This document shows, piece after piece, positions 6,816 through 14,236 of a stretch of DNA of 14,236 bases. Position 1 is the stretch's first letter. Every line of letters starts with the position of its first letter. Position numbers and translations under genes: made by a program. This stretch comes from Archangium sp. (GTDB lineage: Bacteria > Myxococcota > Myxococcia > Myxococcales > Myxococcaceae): NCBI GenBank assembly GCA_031367385.1, contig JANLPS010000312.1, positions 1 through 14,236 of the forward strand, given 5' to 3'. The notes under the pieces are model-generated. The model had not been told where the DNA came from. It saw only the letters and a program-made list of their open reading frames with translations, and made no database searches.

Positions 6816-7933
6816 GGCAGTGTCCTTCCTTGAAGATACCGAAGCTCACCGGCAGCGATGGTGGCGTGAACCGACAGAGTTGCGGGGTCGATGATGGTCA
6901 CGTCGGCGCGCGAGTCGCGAGACAATCGTCGTGCGCCCAGGCCTGCCAGCTTGGCGGGGCCGGTCGAGAGCAGCTCAACGAGCCTCTTGGGCGGCAACCC
7001 CAACGCCATCACGCGCTTGACGAACTGACCGTACGCATCGACGCCTGGCGCCGACTGTTCGAAGGCGTGCTCCTGGTCGAGCACATCGACCCGCTGGTGA
7101 TCTGAGGCGATCGCATCGATGGTGCCGTCGAGTAGGCCCTCGCGGAGCCCGGCGACATCGGCAGCCGATCGCAGCGGAGGCCAGACCCGCGCCAACAGCG
7201 AGAAATCATTCGCGGTCGTGTCGTCGAGGCTGACGTGATGGGCGGTCACATCACAGGTCACCGCGAGGCCGTTCTTCTTCGCCTCGCGCACGAGCTCGAC
7301 CGACCGGGCGCAGGTCAGATGCGAGAAGTGCAGCCGGCCACCGGTGCTGCGAAGCACCTCGAGGTCTCGCGCGACGATGGAGGTCTCGGCCGCCGCCGGT
7401 ACGCCGAGCAGGCCGAGCCTCGTCGCCGTCGGGCCCTCACCCAGCAGCCCGCGGGTGCTGATGCTCGGGTCTTCAGGGTGCACCATCACCAAGGCACCCA
7501 ACGGTCGCGCGTACTGCAACGCGCGTCGAAGCACCCCGCCCCGCACCAGCGGCGAGAACCCATTCGAGAGCACCGGGGCGCCCTCGGGCACCTCACCGAG
7601 CTCATCACCCTTGAGGTCACGGGTCAGCGGAGGCGCCTGCCGCACCTGCAGCCGGTCAGATGCGATCTTGGGCGACTCCGGAGTGAGCAGCACCGCGGTC
7701 AGCCCACCCGCCAGCGCCGCTTCGACGTCGTCAGGGCCTCGCAGGGTACAGCGCAGATCGACCAGGCCTGGCACGACCCACAAGTCTCTCGCTTCGATCA
7801 CCCGTTCGCTGCGCGCTTGGAGCCCGGCGCCAACCTCGAGCACCGTGCCGCTGCTGATTCGAAGGTCGAGCACCTGATCGACGCCGGAGCTCGGGTCGAT
7901 CACCCGGCCCTGGCGCAAGAAGAGCGCGCTCAT
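6812..7933 (-). CDS. Dihydroorotase-like protein, probably catalytically inactive (PyrC'/PyrX type)
   Basis: Amidohydrolase architecture (GRVIDP, VVPGLVDL, GGLTAV, VHPED, LHFSH, VTCDVTAHH, PPLRS, IDAIASDH, PAKLAGL, ADVTIID) located between pyrB and carA. The HxH motif reads RCT. Confidence 0.88.
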   Translation of the reverse strand: MSALFLRQGRVIDPSSGVDQVLDLRISSGTVLEVGAGLQARSERVIEARDLWVVPGLVDLRCTLRGPDDVEAALAGGLTAVLLTPESPKIASDRLQVRQAPPLTRDLKGDELGEVPEGAPVLSNGFSPLVRGGVLRRALQYARPLGALVMVHPEDPSISTRGLLGEGPTATRLGLLGVPAAAETSIVARDLEVLRSTGGRLHFSHLTCARSVELVREAKKNGLAVTCDVTAHHVSLDDTTANDFSLLARVWPPLRSAADVAGLREGLLDGTIDAIASDHQRVDVLDQEHAFEQSAPGVDAYGQFVKRVMALGLPPKRLVELLSTGPAKLAGLGARRLSRDSRADVTIIDPATLSVHATIAAGELRYLQGRTLP

Positions 7934-8826
7934 GACACGGCCTCCAAGATGGCCTTTCTGACTGCAACGCCGTTCTCGACCTGCTCCAAGATCAAGCTGC
8001 GGTTGCCGTCAGCGACCTCAGGAGCGAGCTCGAGCCCGCGGTTGACTGGCCCCGGGTGCAACACCACCGCGTCGGGCTTGAGCTTGGCGGCGCGGGCGGC
8101 GGTGAGGCCCCACCGCCGATGGTATTCAGCCGAGCTGGGAAAGAGGGCCTCGGCCTGTCGCTCGCGCTGCACGCGCAGCATCATCACCGCGTCGACCTGG
8201 GCCAGGGCTTGATCGAGCTCGGTGGTGACGCTGACGCCGGGCCCCTCGAGGTGCGTCGGCAGCAAGGTCGGAGGCCCGCAGAACACCACGTTGGCGCCGA
8301 GCGCGCGCAGGCACTGGAGGTTCGACCGGGCGACCCGGCTGTGCAGCACATCGCCCACGATCGCGACGGTCTTGCCCTCGAGCGAGCCCCAGCGGCGGCG
8401 CAAGGTGAACGCGTCGAGCAGGCCCTGCGAGGGGTGCTCGTGCTGGCCGTCTCCGGCGTTGATCACGCTGACGTTGACCGACTTCGCAACGAGGTTCGCG
8501 GCGCCCGAGTGCTGGTGCCGAACGACGATCACGCTCACGCCGAGCGCGGCGATGTTCTTCGCGGTGTCGACGAGGGTCTCACCCTTGGTCGCCGAGGAGC
8601 CGCTGACTGTCCAATTCAAGACGTGGGCGCCCAGGCTGGCCGCGGCGACCTCGAACGAGCTGCGGGTTCGGGTCGAGGCTTCGTAGAACACGTTGGCGAC
8701 GACCCGGCCCAACAGGTGCCGGCCGCCGACGCGACCCTCGCGGTATTCTTGCGCGCGATCGAGAAATCGCTCGAGCTCGTCTTTCGACAGGCCCTCGAGC
8801 GCCAAGAAGTGAGGCCGCGCGCTCAA
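7930..8826 (-). CDS. pyrB: Aspartate carbamoyltransferase catalytic subunit
   Basis: FYEASTRTRSSFE, KGETL, INAGDG, HPSQGLLD, HSRVARS, RVQRER and HPGP. The TTG start overlaps the upstream stop (TTGA). Confidence 0.97.
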   Translation of the reverse strand: MSARPHFLALEGLSKDELERFLDRAQEYREGRVGGRHLLGRVVANVFYEASTRTRSSFEVAAASLGAHVLNWTVSGSSATKGETLVDTAKNIAALGVSVIVVRHQHSGAANLVAKSVNVSVINAGDGQHEHPSQGLLDAFTLRRRWGSLEGKTVAIVGDVLHSRVARSNLQCLRALGANVVFCGPPTLLPTHLEGPGVSVTTELDQALAQVDAVMMLRVQRERQAEALFPSSAEYHRRWGLTAARAAKLKPDAVVLHPGPVNRGLELAPEVADGNRSLILEQVENGVAVRKAILEAVS

Positions 8827-9248
8827 TGGGGGAACTTGCCTTTCTTCGCAGCCACGAAGTGCAGCACCTTGATCTTCTCGGTCGGTATCAGATGAATCGT
8901 TCGGTCGTACTCGTACCGAATGCTGAGAATTCGGCTGACGTCGTCGATGACGATGTTGGGGTTGACCTCACTGACCGCGAGGCCCTGCTTCTCGACCTCG
9001 GTGCCCGTCATCGGGTCGATTTCGGTGTGGGTGGCGAACTTGAGCTCCTTGAGCTTGCCTTCGAGCTCAGAGCGCAACACGTAGTTGTTCACGATGCCGT
9101 GGGCGTTGAAGGCCGTCTTGACGGCGTCGCTGACCTCCCAGTGGTCGATGTAGACGGGCAAGAACAGGAAGCACCAGTACAGGCCGGCCGCCGCACCGAT
9201 CATCATCAGAAAGCCAACGAAGGTGATTCGACCGGCTGGGGCTCGCAC
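8823..9248 (-). CDS. DUF4845-like single-pass membrane protein with a pilin-like N-terminus
   Basis: N-terminal GRITFVGFLMMIGAAAGLYWCFLFLPVYIDHWEV and C-terminal IRYEYDRTIHL...VLHF. It sits directly after lepB, the usual position of DUF4845 genes. Family assignment is by eye. Confidence 0.7.
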   Translation of the reverse strand: MRAPAGRITFVGFLMMIGAAAGLYWCFLFLPVYIDHWEVSDAVKTAFNAHGIVNNYVLRSELEGKLKELKFATHTEIDPMTGTEVEKQGLAVSEVNPNIVIDDVSRILSIRYEYDRTIHLIPTEKIKVLHFVAAKKGKFPH

Positions 9249-9253
9249 GGGGC

Positions 9254-9283
9254 GAAGTAGCCATGGGCGACCTGGCGCGTCAA
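9254..9283 (-). promoter_or_regulatory. Candidate sigma70-type internal promoter
   Basis: TTGACG (9283-9278) - N18 - TACTTC (9259-9254) - N5 - GTG start at 9248, inside the 43-nt gap after lepB. No Shine-Dalgarno present; the -10 match is imperfect. Confidence 0.4.
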
Positions 9284-9291
9284 GCAGTGAG

Positions 9292-10590
9292 TCACTTCAC
9301 GCGAGGCGCTTCGTCGGCACAGAGGGTCAGCGGCAAGAACAACCGCTCGACCTGCAGGCCGGTGCCCCCAAAGATTGAGCTGAACCAGCCGCCATGGTCG
9401 AGGGGCAGCCAGATTACGGTGGCCTTGCCCTTGATGTTGCCCAGCGGCACGAAGACGTAGTCGGTGACCGCGCTGGTGCCCAGGCCGAAGCGGCCATCTG
9501 AGCTTCGATCGCGGTTGTCGCCCATCACGAACACGTGGCCCTCGGGCACCACCAGCGAGCCGTCGGCGTAGTTGGGCGAGTCGTAGAGAATGTAGTGCTC
9601 TTTTTGACCGATTTTTTCGAGCCAGAGCGAGGGGTGCCGCTCGACCCAATCGTCTTGAAACCAGTATTTGACCCACGGCACGGGGGAGCTGAAGGTGTGG
9701 TTTTCTTGGTCGAAGCTCTTGAAGTCGGCGATCGACTGGCGGGTCGGCAGCACCGCGCCGTTGACCCGGATTTCGCGGCCACGCAGCTCGATTTTGTCAC
9801 CGCCGATGCCGATCACCCGCTTGATGAAATCGCGGTCGGGCTGCATCGGGTTGTTGAACACGATGATGTCGCCGGCCTTGGGCGGCCGCACGATGGTGAA
9901 CGGCACGTAGTTGGTGAACGGTATGCGTACGCCGTAAATGAACTTGTTGACGAAGATCTGGTCGCCAATCTCAAGCGTAGGAATCATCGAGCCCGAGGGG
10001 ATCTTGAAGGGCTCGATGAACACGCTTCGCACGATCATCGCGATCGCGAGGGCCTTGATGAACCCGCTGCCGAAATCGAAGATCGTGCCCTTGCGAAACG
10101 CGGCGAGGTGCTTGTCGGCCGACGCCTGCAGCGCTTTGGTGGCTTCGAGCACCGCGGCGGCGTCTCTGGGCAGGGCCCTCACGAGGGCGACGGTCTTTTC
10201 GACCAGCTCGTCCCACGCTTTTTCTTTGATTTGACCGTGCTTCTTGCCCGCGGTGCCCTCGATCTCGGTGAGCAGCTCTTCTGCGCTCGCCCGGGCTTGC
10301 CGCTTCACGTTCCAATTGCGCGCGGCGAAGCGGGCGACGACGAGCACGACCCACCAGATGAAGGTGATCGCGGCGACGCCTTGCATCGGCGGCTGCAGCC
10401 ACAGATACGAGCAGTCTGCGCTCTCGACGATGATCAAATAGACGAGAAAGATGCAAGCCAGCACGGTCACCGGCGCCCACAAGCTGGTCAGCCGGTCTTC
10501 CCACCGAACGCGGTTGAGGGCCTTGAGCTCTTCAGGCGTGAGCTTCTGCTGAACGGCCTCCGAAAAGCTCGGCGGAGCAGTGGTGGCCAT
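9292..10590 (-). CDS. lepB: Signal peptidase I with a long N-terminal membrane extension
   Basis: EPFKIPSGSMIPTLEIGD (catalytic Ser), DFIKRVIG (catalytic Lys) and FVMGDNRDRSSDGRF. Starts 3 nt after the lepA stop. Confidence 0.95.
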   Translation of the reverse strand: MATTAPPSFSEAVQQKLTPEELKALNRVRWEDRLTSLWAPVTVLACIFLVYLIIVESADCSYLWLQPPMQGVAAITFIWWVVLVVARFAARNWNVKRQARASAEELLTEIEGTAGKKHGQIKEKAWDELVEKTVALVRALPRDAAAVLEATKALQASADKHLAAFRKGTIFDFGSGFIKALAIAMIVRSVFIEPFKIPSGSMIPTLEIGDQIFVNKFIYGVRIPFTNYVPFTIVRPPKAGDIIVFNNPMQPDRDFIKRVIGIGGDKIELRGREIRVNGAVLPTRQSIADFKSFDQENHTFSSPVPWVKYWFQDDWVERHPSLWLEKIGQKEHYILYDSPNYADGSLVVPEGHVFVMGDNRDRSSDGRFGLGTSAVTDYVFVPLGNIKGKATVIWLPLDHGGWFSSIFGGTGLQVERLFLPLTLCADEAPRVK

Positions 10591-10593
10591 CGA

Positions 10594-12405
10594 TCAGTCC
10601 TCCGTCTTGAGCACCGCGAGAAACGCCTCTTGCGGTATCTCGACCGAGCCGACCTGCTTCATGCGGCGCTTGCCCTCTTTTTGCTTCTCGAGGAGCTTGC
10701 GCTTGCGTGAAATATCGCCGCCGTAGCACTTGGCGAGCACGTTCTTGCGCATCGCCGAGATGGTCTCGCGCGATATGATTCGGCTGCCGATCGCCGCCTG
10801 AATCGCCACCTCGAACATCTGCTTGGGTATCTCTTCTTTGAGCTTCTCGCAGACCTCGCGGCCTCGTTGGTACGAGCGCTCTTTGTGAACGATGATCGAC
10901 AACGCGTCGAGCGGCTCGCCGTTGATTAAGATGTCGAGCTTGACCAGGTCGCTGGTCTTGTACGAGCCCACTTCGTAATCGAGCGAGGCATAGCCGCGCG
11001 AGACCGACTTCATCTTGTCGAAGAAGTCGAACACCACTTCGGCCAGCGGCATCTCGTAGGTGACGCGAACGCGGGTACCCGAGGTGCCGAGGTAGTCGAT
11101 GCCCTGTTGAATGCCGCGACGGTCTTGGCAGAGTTTCAAGATCGCGCCCAGGTACTCGTTGGGCACGTGAATCTTGGCGATGAGGTACGGCTCCTCGAGG
11201 TGCTCGATCTTGTCGACCGGAGGCAGCTTCGCAGGGCTGTCGATGAAGAACGGCTCGCCCGCGTTGGGGAAGACTTTGTACACCACGCTCGGCGCGGTGC
11301 TGATCAGGTTCAGGTTGTATTCGCGCTCGAGTCGCTCCTGAACGATCTCCATGTGCAGCAGGCCCAGGTAGCCGCAGCGAAAGCCGAAGCCCAAGGCGGT
11401 CGATGTCTCGGGTTCCCAGGTGAAGGCCGAGTCGTTGAGGCGCAGCTTGGTCAGCGCGTCGCGCAGCGAGTCGTAGTCTTCGGCGTCGACGGGGAAGACG
11501 CCCGAGAACACCATCGGTTTGACTTCTTTGAACCCGGGAAAGGGAGTCTCCGTCGGGCGAACCGCGTCGGTGATGGTGTCACCGACCTTGGCATCGGCGA
11601 GCTCTTTGATGTTGGCGACCAGAATGCCGACTTCGCCCGCCATCAACGACTTCACCGGCGTCGCAAAGGGCGCGATCACGCCCAGCTCTTGCACTTCGAA
11701 CTGCTTCTGATTCGACCAGAGCCGAATCTGCTGCTTGAGCGAGACGGTGCCTTCGACCACGCGAATGAGCATCACCACGCCGCGGTAGTTGTCGTACCAG
11801 CTGTCGAACACCAGGCACTTGAGGGGCGCGTCGACGGCACCGGCGGGCGGCGGCACGATCTTGATGATCGACTCGAGCAGCTCTTCGATGTTGAGGCCTT
11901 CTTTGGCCGACACCGGTACCGCGAGCGACGAGTCGAGACCGATCACGTCTTCGATCTCATGCTTGGTGCGCTCGACGTCGGCCGAGGGCAGGTCAATCTT
12001 ATTGATGACGGGGATGACCTCGAGGTTTGCCTCGACGGCCATGTAGACGTTGGCGAGGGTCTGCGCCTCGACGCCCTGAGTCGCATCGACGACCAGCAGC
12101 GCGCCTTCGCAGGCCGCCAGCGAGCGCGAGACCTCGTACGCGAAGTCGACGTGCCCGGGCGTGTCGATCAGGTTGAGAATGTAGTTCTGGCCATCTTTCG
12201 CGGTGTACTTCATGCGAATCGACTGGGCCTTGATGGTGATGCCGCGCTCACGCTCGATGTCCATGTTGTCGAGAAATTGAGCTTGCGACTCGCGCTTGCT
12301 GACGGTGCCCGTTTTCTCGAGCAGACGGTCGGCGAGCGTCGACTTGCCGTGATCGATGTGGGCGATGATCGAAAAATTACGAATGTGCGCGTTTTCTGAC
12401 GGCAT
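10594..12405 (-). CDS. lepA: Elongation factor 4 (LepA GTPase)
   Basis: [54 protein letters not shown] and [21 protein letters not shown]. Start moved to ATG 12405 (603 aa); the longer ORF would overlap the divergent gene. Confidence 0.98.
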   Translation of the reverse strand: MPSENAHIRNFSIIAHIDHGKSTLADRLLEKTGTVSKRESQAQFLDNMDIERERGITIKAQSIRMKYTAKDGQNYILNLIDTPGHVDFAYEVSRSLAACEGALLVVDATQGVEAQTLANVYMAVEANLEVIPVINKIDLPSADVERTKHEIEDVIGLDSSLAVPVSAKEGLNIEELLESIIKIVPPPAGAVDAPLKCLVFDSWYDNYRGVVMLIRVVEGTVSLKQQIRLWSNQKQFEVQELGVIAPFATPVKSLMAGEVGILVANIKELADAKVGDTITDAVRPTETPFPGFKEVKPMVFSGVFPVDAEDYDSLRDALTKLRLNDSAFTWEPETSTALGFGFRCGYLGLLHMEIVQERLEREYNLNLISTAPSVVYKVFPNAGEPFFIDSPAKLPPVDKIEHLEEPYLIAKIHVPNEYLGAILKLCQDRRGIQQGIDYLGTSGTRVRVTYEMPLAEVVFDFFDKMKSVSRGYASLDYEVGSYKTSDLVKLDILINGEPLDALSIIVHKERSYQRGREVCEKLKEEIPKQMFEVAIQAAIGSRIISRETISAMRKNVLAKCYGGDISRKRKLLEKQKEGKRRMKQVGSVEIPQEAFLAVLKTED

Positions 12406-12472
12406 GGAGGCGACGGGCTCGTACCATCGCAACCTTTGGAAATCCACGAACGGTTCGGGCATGGTGTCGGCC

Positions 12473-12961
12473 ATGCGCCCCCCACGAACTCTTCTGGCAG
12501 TGATTGCTCTGGCTTCGACCGCGTTGGCCGAGGGGCCTGCGGCAGTCGTGGCGGCACCTCCTCCGGCGGCTGAAGAGATCAAGCGGGTGCTTGACTACCA
12601 GGAGAACGGCAAAGAGCGCGGCCCTGCCCTGCTCGATGTGATCCCCTGTGCGAAGGTCGATTCGACCAAGGGCGCCGCGACTTCGTACACCTGCGTCGAG
12701 CCGATTACGGCCGCGATCAAGAAGGGCGCCGTCGTGAACGTGTGGACCCAGTGGTTCTGCCCCAAGGGCGGCAAATACGAAGATCTCTCGATTCAGTCGC
12801 TGCTCGATGGGCAGGTACGAAACACCGTCGACATCACGGTCGAGGGCCTCGCGCGCACCCGCACCTGGAGGCCGTTCACGGTCAGCAAGGCCGGCAAGTG
12901 GCAATTCAAGGTCATGCAGGGCAGCAAAGAGCTGGGCATGACCTCGGTCGTCGTCGAATAG
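12473..12961 (+). CDS. Secreted protein, DUF2914-like beta-sandwich
   Basis: ATG at 12473 gives the signal peptide [21 protein letters not shown]. The C-terminus [28 protein letters not shown] resembles the DUF2914 RTW...GxWxVxV pattern (tentative). 162 aa. Confidence 0.75.
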   Translation: MRPPRTLLAVIALASTALAEGPAAVVAAPPPAAEEIKRVLDYQENGKERGPALLDVIPCAKVDSTKGAATSYTCVEPITAAIKKGAVVNVWTQWFCPKGGKYEDLSIQSLLDGQVRNTVDITVEGLARTRTWRPFTVSKAGKWQFKVMQGSKELGMTSVVVE

Positions 12962-12987
12962 ACCTGACACTTCGCCGCAAATGGTGT

Positions 12988-13057
12988 GGGCAAGGTGCCC
13001 TCACGAGTGGGCACTGACCGGAGCCCTTGCCCGGCCTGAGGCCTTTGAGGCTTGGCC
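12988..13057. other. Two adjacent intergenic stem-loops
   Basis: GGGCAAG (12988-12994)/CTTGCCC (13026-13032) encloses GTGCCC (12995-13000)/GGGCAC (13009-13014). A second hairpin follows: GGCC-tg-AGGCCT-ttg-AGGCTT-GGCC (13033-13057). No U-tract. Confidence 0.5.
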
Positions 13058-13070
13058 GAACCCCTGCAGG

Positions 13071-14236
13071 ATGCCTCGCATGGTCAAGACTGTCGTGGTT
13101 GGGGCGTTGTGTTTGGTGATTGGTTGCACGGGAGAACCCTCGGGCACTCCGTCGACCATCGACTCTGGTGTGGTGAAGGCCGTGGCTGACTCCGGGGCCA
13201 CCGTCGTGACGCCCGATTCGGGTGTGAGCACCTCTGCTGACGCTGGCTCTGGGCCGTCTGACTCGGGCTCTGCTGCCGACTCCGGCGCTGCTGACTCGGG
13301 CGTGGCGACGCGGGTACCGCTCCCTGTGCTGATCACGGCTCCCGTCGCTGGCGCGACCCTCGGTGGCACCGTCACGGTCACCGCGACGTTCGGGTCGGCG
13401 GTCAAGAACGTCGAGTTTTTCTCGGGGGCCGGCGCCGGAGCGCTGGTGGGCCGCGCGCTGCTGAGCGGAGACAACGCCACGTTCTCGTGGGACACGACCG
13501 CTTTCGCCGACGGTCAGGTCGAGCTCTTCGCCAAAGCCTGGGACGCGATCGCCGGGTTACCTGCGAACGAGACCCAATCACAACGAGTTACGGTCACCGT
13601 GCACAACGTCGCGACAGACGCCGGCACCGTGGCCACCATGTGGTCGGCGCTGTCGGTTTTACAAGTCGTGAACCCGTTGAACTACGGAGCCGTCGGCAAT
13701 GGCACCACCGACGATCGCGCCGCGTTGGTCGCCGCGATCGACGCCCTGCCCTCCAGCGGAGGCATCGTGTTCTTCCCCGCGGGGAAGACGTTTCGAAAGA
13801 ACGACCTGATCACGATCACCAAGTCGCACGTGAAGTTCTGGTCGGTGAACCGGCAGGCGACACTGTTCGGCGCTGTACAGGGCCAAACCCGGCACCAATC
13901 GATGTTGTGCCGAGGCACCGATGGGTGCGGGTTCTATGGGCTCAAGCTCACCTCCGACGCCACCGCGCGCTTCGATGCGCTCGAAGACAACCAACTGAGC
14001 TTCGATCAAGGCACCAACGTCGAGGTCATCGGCAACGAGATCGCAGGTTCAGCGGCCGCGGGCATGTTTCTCTACGGCTCGCAGGGTCACTTCATCGAGG
14101 GCAACTACGTGCATCACACGTACGCCGACCACATTCATCACACCAACGCCGCGGCTCGCTCGTGGGTGTGGGACAACTTCATCTACAACGAAGCCCCTTC
14201 GAAGGGCGACGATGGCGTGGCCTGCGTCACCTACGG
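13071..14236 (+). CDS. Lipoprotein with DSG-repeat linker, Ig-like (Big) domain and right-handed beta-helix (pectate_lyase_3 / glycoside hydrolase-like) domain; runs off the window end (partial)
   Basis: Not in the ORF track because it has no stop in the window. The frame is open from ATG 13071 (or 13080) to the end. It reads MVKTVVVGALCLVIG-C (lipobox), then ITAPVAGATLGGTVTVTA...FSWDTTAFADG...VTVTVHN (Ig-like, ~13329-13607), then VNPLNYGAVGNGTTDD...GGIVFFPAG (beta-helix cap), then ADHIH...GDDGVA. Confidence 0.88.
   Translation, partial: MPRMVKTVVVGALCLVIGCTGEPSGTPSTIDSGVVKAVADSGATVVTPDSGVSTSADAGSGPSDSGSAADSGAADSGVATRVPLPVLITAPVAGATLGGTVTVTATFGSAVKNVEFFSGAGAGALVGRALLSGDNATFSWDTTAFADGQVELFAKAWDAIAGLPANETQSQRVTVTVHNVATDAGTVATMWSALSVLQVVNPLNYGAVGNGTTDDRAALVAAIDALPSSGGIVFFPAGKTFRKNDLITITKSHVKFWSVNRQATLFGAVQGQTRHQSMLCRGTDGCGFYGLKLTSDATARFDALEDNQLSFDQGTNVEVIGNEIAGSAAAGMFLYGSQGHFIEGNYVHHTYADHIHHTNAAARSWVWDNFIYNEAPSKGDDGVACVTY
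13161..13301 (+). repeat. Low-complexity D-[S/A]-G peptide repeats (7 copies)
   Basis: Translation IDSG...ADSG...PDSG...ADAG...SDSG...ADSG...ADSG; one more DAG follows the Ig-like domain. Confidence 0.85.

Noticed and set aside
6812..7933. Calling the pyrC-like gene a pseudogene or a normal pyrC
   Set aside because: The frame is intact and coupled at both ends, so it is not a pseudogene. Essential ligands are missing, so it is not a normal pyrC.
5769..12399. Long plus-strand ORFs 5769-6605, 7235-8212, 8056-8895, 9535-10710 and 11107-12399
   Set aside because: All lie antisense to well-supported housekeeping genes and are codon-bias artefacts.
12406..12582. 59-aa N-terminal extension of LepA in the ORF track
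   Set aside because: It overlaps the divergent secreted-protein gene, and LepA homology starts at [11 protein letters not shown] (12405). The extensions on hisS (1570-1632), PilZ (4504-4596) and the lipoprotein (3378-3413) were dropped on start-context or overlap grounds.
12988..13085. Partial resemblance to a TPP riboswitch (GGTGCCC...CTGAG...ACCC)
   Set aside because: The 3' half (ACCTGAT...TAAT...GCGNAGG) is absent and the downstream gene has no link to thiamine. An Rfam scan would settle it.
13001..14009. Minus-strand ORFs 13001-13495 (with PES repeats) and 13659-14009
   Set aside because: They are mirror images of the plus-strand lipoprotein; the PES repeats are the antisense reading of the DSG repeats.
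1..14236. CRISPR array, tRNA/rRNA, IS, prophage or defence system
   Set aside because: No spaced direct repeats, cloverleaf, transposase, integrase or defence-type domains seen. All intergenic gaps are 160 nt or shorter.

Overview
High-GC bacterial window. Gene content and style suggest a myxobacterium (Myxococcota), which is an inference. It is mostly core genome. One minus-strand run is lepA - lepB - DUF4845-like membrane protein - pyrB - pyrC-like - carA - hypothetical. A second is PilZ - metallophosphoesterase - repeat-domain lipoprotein - psd - hisS - TlpA-like thioredoxin (partial). A plus-strand degenerate PilZ-like gene separates the two runs. At the right end, divergent from lepA, are a DUF2914-like secreted protein and a partial lipoprotein with DSG repeats, an Ig-like domain and a beta-helix glycoside-hydrolase-like domain; the ORF track misses the latter. 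I saw no rRNA, tRNA, CRISPR or mobile element, and I cannot support a clearly new multi-gene system. The best leads are: a dihydroorotase homologue that has lost metal and substrate ligands (probable pseudoenzyme), a head-to-head canonical/degenerate PilZ pair linked to a metallophosphoesterase, a lipoprotein with a duplicated two-Cys domain, the surface beta-helix enzyme, and a recurring promoter-like geometry suggesting leaderless mRNAs.
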